DNA of 64,000 nucleotides from a virus: positions 32,001-96,000 of the IMG/VR virus record IMGVR_UViG_3300037851_000452; one strand, 5' to 3'. This document shows positions 1-9,677 of the stretch, piece by piece (positions within the stretch are counted from its first letter, which is position 1; each line of letters begins with the position of its first letter). Under the pieces are notes generated by a model that made no database searches, was not told the origin of the DNA, and worked only from the letters and a program-made list of their open reading frames with translations. Position numbers and translations under genes: made by a program.

Positions 1-755
1 GTACCAATGCCCAGATAGTTATTCACCTCATCGTAGGCCGAAGTGCCAAAAAGGATTTTGCCCTTAGTGGCGTTCGCCGTAGACCCTAAAGTCAGAGTCC
101 CAGAAGCCGCAGTTCCGCCATACAGAGTTTGACCCGATGTACGCCCCGACAAATAGGCATACTGGGTGTGGTCGTCGTCTGAAAGACCAGCTGTGCCCCC
201 GTGGTCAATCTGAGCTCCGTCTCCACCCACGTGGTCATGAGAGTCTCCGTTAGTTACGCCCTGCGCTGCAGTAGCAAAAGCAGAAGAGTGATTGCCGTCT
301 AAGAGGTCCGCATTTAGATTCGTAACTACCGTGGTAGAAGACACTGTAAACGGAGCGGTTCCCGTAGTTTGCGTAGCCGTAAGTCGTGTAGTGGTAATGA
401 CTCCCGTAACGTCCAAAGCAGTGGCGGGGGTGGCGTTGTAAATCCCCAGACGATTGTTGACGTCATCCCAGAATAACTGAGAGCACCCGCCGAAAGATCC
501 GCCATTGTTGTACTGGACTTGGGTATCAGACCCCCCAGGAGGCGTAGCTCCGGAGCCAGTGCCCGTAAAAGAAATCCAGGCTCCGCCTTTACGACCTTCA
601 AAGTCCGTACCGGTCCACCGAATAGTGCCGTCTGCTGTACCTGTGGCCGAGCCGATCTTCAGGGCCCCGTTAATCTCTAGCTTCTCTGTAGGGCTAGAGA
701 TATCCATGCCAATCTTCCCAAGGAAGTTGGAGTCACCATAGATCAGCTTTGCCAT
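1..755 (-). CDS. Tail fibre-like protein, runs off the window (partial)
   Basis: ATG at 755, open to the window edge (not in the ORF track); MAKLIYGDSNFLGKIG..., Gly/Thr-rich, with RLGIYNATPATALDV and NLNADLLDG motifs typical of phage fibre proteins. Confidence 0.7.
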   Translation of the reverse strand, partial: MAKLIYGDSNFLGKIGMDISSPTEKLEINGALKIGSATGTADGTIRWTGTDFEGRKGGAWISFTGTGSGATPPGGSDTQVQYNNGGSFGGCSQLFWDDVNNRLGIYNATPATALDVTGVITTTRLTATQTTGTAPFTVSSTTVVTNLNADLLDGNHSSAFATAAQGVTNGDSHDHVGGDGAQIDHGGTAGLSDDDHTQYAYLSGRTSGQTLYGGTAASGTLTLGSTANATKGKILFGTSAYDEVNNYLGIG

Positions 756-758
756 CGC

Positions 759-1019
759 TTAAGCTCCAATGGGCGGTTGAACCAAAGTCACTTGGATCTT
801 ACCGTTAGAAATGTCAGACCACAGCTTAGAGGGGTTACTCTCTGTAACCAGCCTCCGGGCTGCGTCGAAATCTGCATAGTAGGAGGCAAGATCGGGGTCG
901 CATAAGTCTATAGCTTCCCCGTTAGACACGGACAAACCACCCAGCTCCTCTACGTTGTACGAGGACCCGGATGCGTTGGTGATCAAAACTATCCCGCGGT
1001 CAAAAAGAGACCCATCCAC
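759..1019 (-). CDS. Hypothetical virion-associated protein
   Basis: GTG at 1019 preceded by GGAGG; 3' part of track ORF 759..1094. Confidence 0.55.
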   Translation of the reverse strand: MDGSLFDRGIVLITNASGSSYNVEELGGLSVSNGEAIDLCDPDLASYYADFDAARRLVTESNPSKLWSDISNGKIQVTLVQPPIGA

Positions 1020-1021
1020 GA

Positions 1022-2497
1022 TTACCTCCGAGAGATACGGCACCCAGTTCCAACATGGTACGCATAATCCCCAGCGGATCCAAGATTGGCCCAAGTCACG
1101 TCGTTTGTACCATCTACCGTCACAGCCCCAGAAGCCCCAGTAATGGTAGGAGTGAAATTGTAGATGTTGACAACGTTATCCACCCCAGACGCATTGAGAC
1201 CCCACCCCGTATTACCAGAACCGGCTAAGGATGTTTGAAGGACCAGCTTAGTCGGATGGAACAAGACGAAAGGGGCAACTGTGCAGTTATTGATACTGGC
1301 CGCAATGAGTTCCAGCTCTGAATACTGAGAGTAAACTCCGCGGGCAGCGCTGTCCACGTAGAAGTCGGATATGGATATCAATTTGGTGTTCTGCAAAAGA
1401 AGACCGTAGGTAGAGCTCCCCCTAATCCAAAGCCCAGTCAGAGCAGAACCTGTGCATAGTATGTTCGCAAAGTACACCCCGTACGAGGTACAGCTACTGG
1501 CCAACCACCCCCTAGCTGCAACGCTCAGGTTGACTGAGTGGAGTAGGTAAAAGCCGTAGGTCGCCGACACCGCAGATACTTGATTCAGGTTAACGTACAC
1601 GCACTGCTGAACCAGTACTCCGTACGTTCCTCCGGAAGTCCCAACGCGGGTAAGAGACACCCTTCCTGGATTGTTTATGGCAACTATGGGGTAAGACCCA
1701 TTCGTAGCCTTCATGTCCAGTATAGACACGCCGGCTGTATTACCCTCCACGTAAATGCCCGTAGAGTTCGCCTGGGCTGTATTAAGAACTACATTGGGGT
1801 CCTCGATATTGAACCCCGCACCATTACCTATGGAGGGGCTAGCAGGAGAGGCTAGATAGATTGTGTCCGTGGTGTTCTGCGCGATAACCAGAATCTGCCC
1901 GGCACCTGTACCGGAAGTTACGTTTAGGTATCTTCCCACCAGGTTATTGGCAGTCCACCCTGCTCCGGTAACAACAACGCTTCGAGAACCGCCCGTCGTT
2001 ATAGTCCCGGTATTAGGACCCGTGGTCAGGCTCGATAATGACCTTCCCCCGCTAATAACAATAGCGACACCGCCAGGTCCGGAGGCATCCATAGACGCCA
2101 GGAAACCCTGCACGGAGAACCCAGTATAGTTACCCGATGCTACGTTTATGGTAACTAAATGTCGTATCCTGGACGGAAGAGAGTCTAAGGCCGCTTGAAT
2201 GGTAGCAAACGGATAAGAGGAATAGGTCCCTCCGGGTATGAACGATGGTCTGTTGGCGGATGGTGTATCCGAACCGCTGGACGCGTTGACCGCCAAAGTA
2301 ACGGCGGAGATCGTATCTCCACCTCGTCTAGGATTGAAGACTCCGTCCGCATCCCGCATAGCCCACATGCGGTCATGGTAGGTAACAGACCCAGCCTCAG
2401 CAGGGTCCCCAACCGCTACGCCGTCGTCATCCACCGAGCCTAGAGTAAGTTTCCACTCTTGAAGAGCCCCTGGGTGTCTGTCCGGAGTGCGACCCAT
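1022..2497 (-). CDS. Tail spike/fibre-like protein with probable beta-helix
   Basis: 491 aa; PFATIQAALDSLP...VTINVASGNY motif typical of the N-terminus of parallel beta-helix proteins. Confidence 0.6.
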   Translation of the reverse strand: MGRTPDRHPGALQEWKLTLGSVDDDGVAVGDPAEAGSVTYHDRMWAMRDADGVFNPRRGGDTISAVTLAVNASSGSDTPSANRPSFIPGGTYSSYPFATIQAALDSLPSRIRHLVTINVASGNYTGFSVQGFLASMDASGPGGVAIVISGGRSLSSLTTGPNTGTITTGGSRSVVVTGAGWTANNLVGRYLNVTSGTGAGQILVIAQNTTDTIYLASPASPSIGNGAGFNIEDPNVVLNTAQANSTGIYVEGNTAGVSILDMKATNGSYPIVAINNPGRVSLTRVGTSGGTYGVLVQQCVYVNLNQVSAVSATYGFYLLHSVNLSVAARGWLASSCTSYGVYFANILCTGSALTGLWIRGSSTYGLLLQNTKLISISDFYVDSAARGVYSQYSELELIAASINNCTVAPFVLFHPTKLVLQTSLAGSGNTGWGLNASGVDNVVNIYNFTPTITGASGAVTVDGTNDVTWANLGSAGDYAYHVGTGCRISRR

Positions 2498-2527
2498 GTG
2501 AATGACTCCTGATTAGCAGTGGAGAGA

Positions 2528-3034
2528 CTACGAGCTCTTGGCCTTGTTCAATCGGTCAGAAAACCGGGCCACGTTATCTACAACAGACTCCTTAGCGGCC
2601 TCTGCCTTCCTCTCTGCCGCAATACCCGGTCCGGGATGTTGGGGTACCGCCTCTTTTTCTGCCTCGGCTTTTTCCTCTTCCTTCACCGCGATTAAGAACT
2701 TCTGCTCGAGAGTTTGCATAGCCCGAGACAGACCCGTAAGCTGGCCGTTGCACACTCCAATATTCACGTTCGTTTCCTCTAGCAGGGAGCTAATCTTCTC
2801 CCTAAAAGAAGAAACCACGGCCTTGGCAACAAAAAGGTCGTCACCATTGCACTCACCTTTCTTGTGCCGCTCTTCCCACTCAGACTCTACGGCTTCGGGG
2901 ATTAGAGATACGGCCTCCTGAACAACGGCTTTGGCCCCTACGGCCTTGTAGGTAGCCTGCATGGCAGACTGAATGGCCACGGCAATGTCTTTGCCCATAC
3001 CCTGTAGAATGGCTTTCTTGTCTTGGTTTTCCAT
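2528..3034 (-). CDS. Hypothetical coiled-coil protein
   Basis: Likely start MENQDKK at 3034 within track ORF 2528..3094. Confidence 0.6.
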   Translation of the reverse strand: MENQDKKAILQGMGKDIAVAIQSAMQATYKAVGAKAVVQEAVSLIPEAVESEWEERHKKGECNGDDLFVAKAVVSSFREKISSLLEETNVNIGVCNGQLTGLSRAMQTLEQKFLIAVKEEEKAEAEKEAVPQHPGPGIAAERKAEAAKESVVDNVARFSDRLNKAKSS

Positions 3035-3123
3035 ACCCCAAACTATAACGTGGAAGGAGGGGCGACGAAAGCTCAAGCCTCCGCCGCCCCCCACAGGATG
3101 TAGGTCTAAGTCGAAAAGGCTAG

Positions 3124-5193
3124 TTATGCCGAAGGCGTGCCGTGCCGGACCACCGTGATGACGTCGCCCGTCTTGAGGTCAAACTCAAACTTGATGTGGC
3201 CCGAGCCAGGAGTCGTCCCCGGGTACACGTCGTTGTTGGTGCTGGCGTCGACGCCACCACGCATGAGTTGGCCGTTGAGGTACACGTCCACCTGGCTGGC
3301 AAAAGCCAGGCCGGCAAACGACGGGAGAGCGGCGTCGATGTTTCCGGCCCCTGCCGCGTAATCGAGGTCAGTGTTGGCCGTAATGTTCTGGTTAGCAACC
3401 GCCGTGACCTTCAAGAAAGCAGCCTTCTTGTCGACCGCGACAATGCCGCCCAAAATAGAGGCCTCGCTACCGGCCGAGGTCTCGAAATCGCTCCAGTCAG
3501 CCGAAGAAGCCGCAAGCTTGATACCGTCCGCCACAGACCACGTAGAGCCTGCGCGGTAACCGTCTGTCAGATAACAGTCGGTCCCAGCGGCCAGCTTGAG
3601 GGTGGTGCTCGTGCCAGCCACCTTCAAGGCTGACGCATCGACCTGGCCGGCCGTAACACCCACGTTGATCGTGGTGCCGCCCGTATCAGCCTTGATGCCG
3701 TTCAGGAAATCGGCGTCGGTCTGGTTGTTCACATCGAACGTGTCGCACGTGAACGCAACCGTGTCTCCGCCAGACGTCGGGGCCACAGACACGAGGTCGC
3801 GCCCACCATCGCTGGTCTGGAGCTTCCACGTGTAGGTGTCCGTCACGCGCCAGTCGATGTTCCGGTCGGTCTGCGTCACTGCCCCGCTTTGCTTGTCCAC
3901 GACCGCGTTCAGGTCGCGGTTAGCAGCGAAGGTGATGCCCTCGAGCAGGCTCAGTTCTCCACCGACAGCAGTCTCGTAGTTGTTCCAGTGGAGATTGCTC
4001 GTCGAAAGCGGGATGCCATCGGTGATGCTCCAGTTCGATGAGGCTCGGTAAACGTCGGTCAGATAGACCGTACCGTTGGTGGACTTCAAATACAAATGAG
4101 CGTTCGTTCCTGTCGCGTTGACGCGCAGGAACGTGGCGCTCTGAATGATTCCGTTGTCAACGGTGATGTAGTTCGCGCCGCTCGAGTCGAAGACGGCACC
4201 GTTGGCGAAGTCCGCGTTGTTGACGTTGTTCACGTCAAGAGTGTCGCAGTTGATCTCGACCTCGTCGCCGGCGACAGCCGGGGCGAGCATGAGCATCGAC
4301 ACTCCGCCGTCGCTCGTCTGGAAATTCAACGACTTCGTGTCGTCGATGCGCCAATATACGTCGGTCGCTTGAGTCGCAGGCGTGGTGCTCTGGTTGTCGA
4401 TGGCGTTGTTCAACGTCACATCAACGCTGGCCGTGGCATCAATGAATGCACCGGACAGAAACGCCTGCTCCGGAACCGAGTCGAAGTCCAAACGACGGAC
4501 GTAGCTGTAGTTGATTGTCTTGCCGGCAATATCGGCGACCGGGCAAGCAATCAGGTCATCGCCGTTCGTGTTTTCGATAACGAACGAGATCTGAACCTGC
4601 TTCGTGGTGTCACTGAACGTGTCGCCATCTACGGTTCCGGACTCGGCTTGCAGCAAGCCGTAGACCTGCTTGCCACCAGACAAGATCACGTCGCCCGTAG
4701 ACGCATCCCGAACAATGACCAGGTTCTTCGGGTTCAGGGCGTTTACGCCCGACACCTCGTTAAGAGAGTGCGAGCCCACGTCACCAGCAAGAACGGCAAC
4801 AACCGCGCCACTGGCCGTTCCTGCGCCAACTGCGGCAGTCTCGCTAGGAGCCTCGCTGCTCGCTACAGAAAGAACTTCCCAGTTCTGAGCCGCAGTAACG
4901 GTGATGTCCGTGAGGACCTGGGCTCGGAATAGAACCTTCTTGGTTTCAAGACCAAGAAGGTCCGTAGCTAGTTGCTCAAGACCTCTCCGAAGCCCGCCGA
5001 CTGACGGAATGTTCTCATACCACTTGACGGAACCGTTCGCGTTGAGGACTCTCGCTAGCTGCGACCGTACCGCATTAAGGTCGCTTTCTAGGTCGGTCGA
5101 CCCGCTCTCCAGTGCGGAACCTGGGGTTAAGTTGTCGGTGAATGTCTTTGACGGCTGAATCTGGGCTACTTGGCGAAGAAACGTGCGTCCCAT
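3124..5193 (-). CDS. Large virion structural protein with an internal ~170-aa duplication
   Basis: 689 aa; repeated modules QTSDGG...CDTxDVNN...ADFxNG...YLTDxYRAxSxWS; GC-rich codons. Confidence 0.7.
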   Translation of the reverse strand: MGRTFLRQVAQIQPSKTFTDNLTPGSALESGSTDLESDLNAVRSQLARVLNANGSVKWYENIPSVGGLRRGLEQLATDLLGLETKKVLFRAQVLTDITVTAAQNWEVLSVASSEAPSETAAVGAGTASGAVVAVLAGDVGSHSLNEVSGVNALNPKNLVIVRDASTGDVILSGGKQVYGLLQAESGTVDGDTFSDTTKQVQISFVIENTNGDDLIACPVADIAGKTINYSYVRRLDFDSVPEQAFLSGAFIDATASVDVTLNNAIDNQSTTPATQATDVYWRIDDTKSLNFQTSDGGVSMLMLAPAVAGDEVEINCDTLDVNNVNNADFANGAVFDSSGANYITVDNGIIQSATFLRVNATGTNAHLYLKSTNGTVYLTDVYRASSNWSITDGIPLSTSNLHWNNYETAVGGELSLLEGITFAANRDLNAVVDKQSGAVTQTDRNIDWRVTDTYTWKLQTSDGGRDLVSVAPTSGGDTVAFTCDTFDVNNQTDADFLNGIKADTGGTTINVGVTAGQVDASALKVAGTSTTLKLAAGTDCYLTDGYRAGSTWSVADGIKLAASSADWSDFETSAGSEASILGGIVAVDKKAAFLKVTAVANQNITANTDLDYAAGAGNIDAALPSFAGLAFASQVDVYLNGQLMRGGVDASTNNDVYPGTTPGSGHIKFEFDLKTGDVITVVRHGTPSA

Positions 5194-5214
5194 TCCCTGT
5201 CTCCTTGTTGGAGG

Positions 5215-5955
5215 TTAAACGGTCGAGTAATCTGCCTCCAGCGCCTCTCCTAGTATAGGAGCAATGGACAACACGATGGTATCGTAGCCAGAACCCAGTC
5301 CGCCACTTTCTTCTATTGTGTAGTCAGGGTCCTCACCTTTAGCCAGACGAGTACCATTCCAGTATACACACTCCGTGTTAGGTATGAATGTCTCTGGAGT
5401 AGTAAAGACCAAGTTCACGCCGTCCTTAGTACCAAGCAGCTGTATGCCGAACTTAAACTTGATCGGAGCGACTATTGAGTAGTCGCATACTATGTTCTCC
5501 TCTTCAAAAGGAGCAAACGCAAACACTATCCTGTCGTAACCAGTGCCCGACCCGCCGCTCTCTTCCGCTATATAATCTTCCGTAGGACCTCTAGATAAAC
5601 GCATGCCTCCTAGGTAGAGACACTCTGTACCGTATATGAACTTGTCCGGTGAGTAGAATACCGTGTTTACGCCGTCCTTAATTCCGTTGAGCGGCATACC
5701 AAAAAGACGGTCTGTAACCGGGGTTGGTCCCGGACCAGAACCTACCGCACGGTAAGTACCAGGAGTGTTGTACCCTTTCTGATAAAGAATCCCCGTACTG
5801 TCTCTTAGATAGAAAGTTCCCTTAGGAGCGTCTTGAACAATGGTAGGTGCCGTAAGAGCATTGGGGTCTCCGTCATACGCGGTGAGGTCCACCGTTAGCA
5901 TGACGGGTCGGCGAGGTAGCTCTCTATTTACAAAGGTCTCGTATGGCGTAGCCAT
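5215..5955 (-). CDS. Virion protein with two tandem repeat domains
   Basis: GxKDGVNxVF...GxRLxxG...DY..EESGG.GxGYD occurs twice. Confidence 0.65.
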   Translation of the reverse strand: MATPYETFVNRELPRRPVMLTVDLTAYDGDPNALTAPTIVQDAPKGTFYLRDSTGILYQKGYNTPGTYRAVGSGPGPTPVTDRLFGMPLNGIKDGVNTVFYSPDKFIYGTECLYLGGMRLSRGPTEDYIAEESGGSGTGYDRIVFAFAPFEEENIVCDYSIVAPIKFKFGIQLLGTKDGVNLVFTTPETFIPNTECVYWNGTRLAKGEDPDYTIEESGGLGSGYDTIVLSIAPILGEALEADYSTV

Positions 5956-7535
5956 TATGCAACTTCCTCAAAGCTGTATAGGTACGCCTCGCCAGTATTG
6001 GAGCTCGCCGCGTTGGTATCTAGCCATATCACTACAGTAGGAGACACTCCGGATGACTGAATGGTATACCCATCCTGCTTAGGAGGAACGGTGCCTATGG
6101 CCCAACTGACAGAAGGCTGGTTAGTAGCGCTCCAAATACCTGCGGTTACCTTTGAGAAGTCCTGAACCTTTACACTCAAGCCTCTAGATATGGTCTGGAA
6201 GGGATCCCAAACAACCGTCCTACCTACGAACCCTCCCAGCTCATACGTGGTGCTTCCGCTGATAACGTTGGTTACTATTCCGGCTAAATTGGTAGCTACC
6301 AAACCAGACCAGCTGAACACCCCCTTCTCGTCTGTGTCTTGAACTCTCAAGAGCCTAGACCACGTAGACGGCCCTCCAGACCAAGACCCAACAAAGACAC
6401 CACGAGCTCCTCCAGAGTCTGGATATAGCGTAGGGGCCTCTATAAGGTTCTGGCTGCTCACTAAAGATATGGAATGGTCTTGAGGAGTGGTTCCGTCGTT
6501 TCCTCCAGACCTAAGTCTAGAAGCGGGCTCTACTACAGAAACCACGGCAGGAGCGTCTGCTATTCGGACTATGTATAGTGTCGAAGTGGAGGCTCCGTTA
6601 GCATTCCGATACGCGGACACCCTAAAATTAGCCACAGAGACGTTGTAGCTTCCCCCAAGCCGGGTAACTGTTTTCAGCCCCTCGTAAATGAAGGGGTTGG
6701 ATATGTCCAATTGAGCGTTGGGAGAGTCGTACAGAATGGAGTCGTAGTAGGATGCAATGTTGACTACCGTAGCCTGCTCAGAGCCTTTCAAAGCCTGCTG
6801 AGATGCAGGGTACGTTGCTTCTGAAACAAATAGCAGCGGGTGTAGGTTGCTGCACCGAACCAGGTTAATCCCCTCAACAGACCCACCAACGTTAGTATCT
6901 ACGTAGTCGGAAAAGGCTCCGGTAGCAGCGTCCCTGACCCTTGCCCTGGCGGGTCTTAGGGTAGAAACGTCCCCCCTGTTAGCTATGGAAATGGGAACGG
7001 AAAAAGATGTACCGACTACGACGGGTATCTGCTGGTACTTGCCGGCCCCGTAATCCGCCACCTCTACCAGGTCGAAGTCCTTATCGGCGGAACCATTAAG
7101 AATAAAGGTGTCGTTCTCCTTAAGCTCGGTCTGAGAACCAGGATACGGCCCGGAGAATAGTAAAGAGGAAAGTATGGGTGGTAGGTTGAGGCTGACTGTT
7201 ACGTACTCTAAAGCCGCAGGATTCCCGTTAGGGTCCGTGGTCTCTACCTCCAACGTACTGGATGGGGCCGTAACATCCACCGAGCCCCTATACATGTCCC
7301 CAACTCTAGGAAGAATAGCCGTAGCATACTCCACCCGCACCCGAGGGTAGCTGCTCTCGATAATGACCCGGACATTAGGGGTGGACGAAGTGCACGAAAT
7401 CAGTAGGGAATTCCCTGGGGGGTCATCGTAGACCTTGTCTACGACCACTCCATCAGACTGGGGCTGGACGTCCGCTACACGAATCCACCCCACCCGATCT
7501 GTAGATGAAGAACCTACGGGCTCTATGCGCGCCAC
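5955..7535 (-). CDS. Putative virion structural protein (beta-rich)
   Basis: 526 aa, S/T/V-rich, coupled to neighbours. Confidence 0.6.
   Translation of the reverse strand: MARIEPVGSSSTDRVGWIRVADVQPQSDGVVVDKVYDDPPGNSLLISCTSSTPNVRVIIESSYPRVRVEYATAILPRVGDMYRGSVDVTAPSSTLEVETTDPNGNPAALEYVTVSLNLPPILSSLLFSGPYPGSQTELKENDTFILNGSADKDFDLVEVADYGAGKYQQIPVVVGTSFSVPISIANRGDVSTLRPARARVRDAATGAFSDYVDTNVGGSVEGINLVRCSNLHPLLFVSEATYPASQQALKGSEQATVVNIASYYDSILYDSPNAQLDISNPFIYEGLKTVTRLGGSYNVSVANFRVSAYRNANGASTSTLYIVRIADAPAVVSVVEPASRLRSGGNDGTTPQDHSISLVSSQNLIEAPTLYPDSGGARGVFVGSWSGGPSTWSRLLRVQDTDEKGVFSWSGLVATNLAGIVTNVISGSTTYELGGFVGRTVVWDPFQTISRGLSVKVQDFSKVTAGIWSATNQPSVSWAIGTVPPKQDGYTIQSSGVSPTVVIWLDTNAASSNTGEAYLYSFEEVA
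7361..7377. repeat. 17-bp palindromic site TAATGACCCGGACATTA (copy 1)
   Basis: Exact copy, intragenic. Confidence 0.85.
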
Positions 7536-7538
7536 GGA

Positions 7539-8000
7539 TCACCCCATTCTATCCCGGAGTCCTTCTAGACTATCCGTAGCTTGGTTGTAGGACTTAGCGG
7601 CGCTCTTGTTGGCCAGGCGGTCTAGCAAGCTGCCCGATGTAACGGCAGCCGTGCCAAGAGTCGGAGCGATGTCAATCTTGTCTACCTGGCTGCTGATGTG
7701 CCTAATGGTGCTAGGACCGCCGTCTACCGCATCAAAAGACTCCCGCCATATCTCTTTGTTAAAGTCTACGAGCACCTGTATCTCGTAGAAGCCTGGAGCA
7801 GGTGGAGTAAAAGATACGGAGTAGTCTCCAGTAGAACCAATCTCGTCTATGACTACGGGAATAGTAGACTCAGCACCGTTAAAGTAGATGCTCACGGTAA
7901 AATCCGAAGAAGACAGGCCAGACCTTTTAGAAAACCCGTCCAGCTCGAACGCAGGAAAGGAGTCGATGGTCAAAAGACCTGGCTCTGTCTGTCGGTTCAT
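7539..8000 (-). CDS. Putative virion protein
   Basis: 153 aa in the structural operon. Confidence 0.55.
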   Translation of the reverse strand: MNRQTEPGLLTIDSFPAFELDGFSKRSGLSSSDFTVSIYFNGAESTIPVVIDEIGSTGDYSVSFTPPAPGFYEIQVLVDFNKEIWRESFDAVDGGPSTIRHISSQVDKIDIAPTLGTAAVTSGSLLDRLANKSAAKSYNQATDSLEGLRDRMG

Positions 8001-8332
8001 TTACCACTCGCCGCAAACGCCTTCATAACTGCCGCCGCTTCCCTAAGAAGAATGGACACGTCTTTTATACGCTCGCGGGCCCTCTGAGCATATAGGCGCG
8101 TAAGCTCCCCCGAGCTATACCGATTCCTCCTAACCTTCTGCTCTAAAAGAAGGTCCTTCAGCTGGTCCTCGGTAATCATTCTTCTGTTCACCAAGACCTG
8201 GCCCAAAGGAAAGCTCTCTTCCTGAGCAGACAGCGCCTCAGATAGCTGCTCCTTGCTAATGAGCCTCTTGGATACAGCCATGTTTCCAATAGAAGTAATG
8301 TCCTCATGAGGAGTAGTTTTTTTACGAAACAT
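7997..8332 (-). CDS. Stand-alone MshEN/GspE-N-like domain protein
   Basis: Tandem degenerate motif: SIGNMAVSKRLISKEQLSEALSAQ / PLGQVLVNRRMITEDQLKDLLLEQ. Confidence 0.65.
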   Translation of the reverse strand: MFRKKTTPHEDITSIGNMAVSKRLISKEQLSEALSAQEESFPLGQVLVNRRMITEDQLKDLLLEQKVRRNRYSSGELTRLYAQRARERIKDVSILLREAAAVMKAFAASGK

Positions 8333-8334
8333 GC

Positions 8335-8604
8335 CTACCCCCTGTTTCGATTGGCTAGGTTTTCTATTCTGTCTTCTACCTTATCGAGCTTTCCTCCAAC
8401 CAGAGTAAGTGTATCCATAAAGCCGTGAACGGATTCTTTGACACCTACCAAGGCAGATGTCATCTCGGTAAGGTTGGCTCGAATCTCCGCGTTAAGAGAC
8501 TTGTTGTCTTTACGCTCCTGCCAGTACGCCCACCCCAAAACCAACAAACCCACTACGGCCAGACCGTGGTTTTGAAGCGCCGCTAAGATAAAATCTCCGG
8601 TCAT
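8335..8604 (-). CDS. Small membrane protein, holin-like candidate
   Basis: One hydrophobic helix then coiled coil; ATGA overlap with the upstream gene. Confidence 0.45.
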   Translation of the reverse strand: MTGDFILAALQNHGLAVVGLLVLGWAYWQERKDNKSLNAEIRANLTEMTSALVGVKESVHGFMDTLTLVGGKLDKVEDRIENLANRNRG

Positions 8605-8969
8605 ATGTACTTCTTCACTTCCTGGCTTTGAGGCCACAAAAGATGACCAAGAACCAACCCTCCCAGAAACGGAAGGATAGGCACAATGCCGGAAAAGACT
8701 TCAGCTAGGTCCAAGACAAAGCACAGAGCTCCTATTACCCATAGTACGATCAGTCGGACCCACTTATCTTCAACCTTAACTACAGGCCAAAACAAGTGCC
8801 CGCAAACCACCCCTAAAACCAAGGGCAGAAACCAATGCTTGAAAGAAAACGCCAGGACAATCTCGCTTACGGTATCGCCCTTAACGGGGTTGGTTGCTAC
8901 AAAAACGTCCCAAAGACATATGAACGTCGTAGCCGCTATGAGAAACACGATGGTCAGGGTCTTAGTCAT
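8601..8969 (-). CDS. Multi-pass membrane protein (holin candidate)
   Basis: About 4 hydrophobic segments; repeated GHLxWP. Confidence 0.5.
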   Translation of the reverse strand: MTKTLTIVFLIAATTFICLWDVFVATNPVKGDTVSEIVLAFSFKHWFLPLVLGVVCGHLFWPVVKVEDKWVRLIVLWVIGALCFVLDLAEVFSGIVPILPFLGGLVLGHLLWPQSQEVKKYI

Positions 8970-8983
8970 AGCCCTACTCCTGC

Positions 8984-9676
8984 TTAACGAGTCCTGGCCC
9001 TAGCGCCGTAAAAAGACCACGTTGCCTTCAATCCAGTATGTCCAGAATTATGTATGGTTACCTTGTGCTTCCAATGAGGGAGAACAACCTTAGGGCTGAT
9101 ATTAGAAACGTCTATATCCCTCTTTCCAGAACCCAACATGACCAGCTTGTTAACAAACCTGGACAGAGTAACTCCCACCGTTAAAAGATGGTAGTCTCCG
9201 TTTCCAGAAGTTGTAGACACGTCTCCAATGCCTATAGGGGCATTGCTCCACTGCCAGTATCCCGTGTGTTCTGAAGAGGGGACTGGAACGCAGTCTTCCA
9301 GGTCCACGTCGTGAGTTCCGTTGTTGGCGACAGGGACGATTAGAGTGTCTTCTCCTAACGGGCTGTCCACCAGCACACAGTTTCCTGTGTTCGACTCGTT
9401 AAGAGTTACAGAGGTAGCCTCGGCTATAACCTCATAGGACACCCAGTCTCCTAAGACGCCGTTCTCCCAAACAAAGTCTCCACCAGCAAGGCGGTACTGG
9501 TCCTGGTAGTACCACTCCACGTACGAGTTGCCCTCGGCCTCAGACTCCACGTAAAACTCGGGACCGTCTCCTACTGAGGAGTCGTCACCCGCCCCAGTAA
9601 CGTACAAGTAGTAGCCAATAGGAAACATATCTGTAGCGTAGATAGGCTTCCCATCCGATGTTCTAGGAAGAGACAT
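8984..9676 (-). CDS. Putative virion protein
   Basis: 230 aa ORF in the operon. Confidence 0.55.
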   Translation of the reverse strand: MSLPRTSDGKPIYATDMFPIGYYLYVTGAGDDSSVGDGPEFYVESEAEGNSYVEWYYQDQYRLAGGDFVWENGVLGDWVSYEVIAEATSVTLNESNTGNCVLVDSPLGEDTLIVPVANNGTHDVDLEDCVPVPSSEHTGYWQWSNAPIGIGDVSTTSGNGDYHLLTVGVTLSRFVNKLVMLGSGKRDIDVSNISPKVVLPHWKHKVTIHNSGHTGLKATWSFYGARARTR

Positions 9677-9677
9677 C

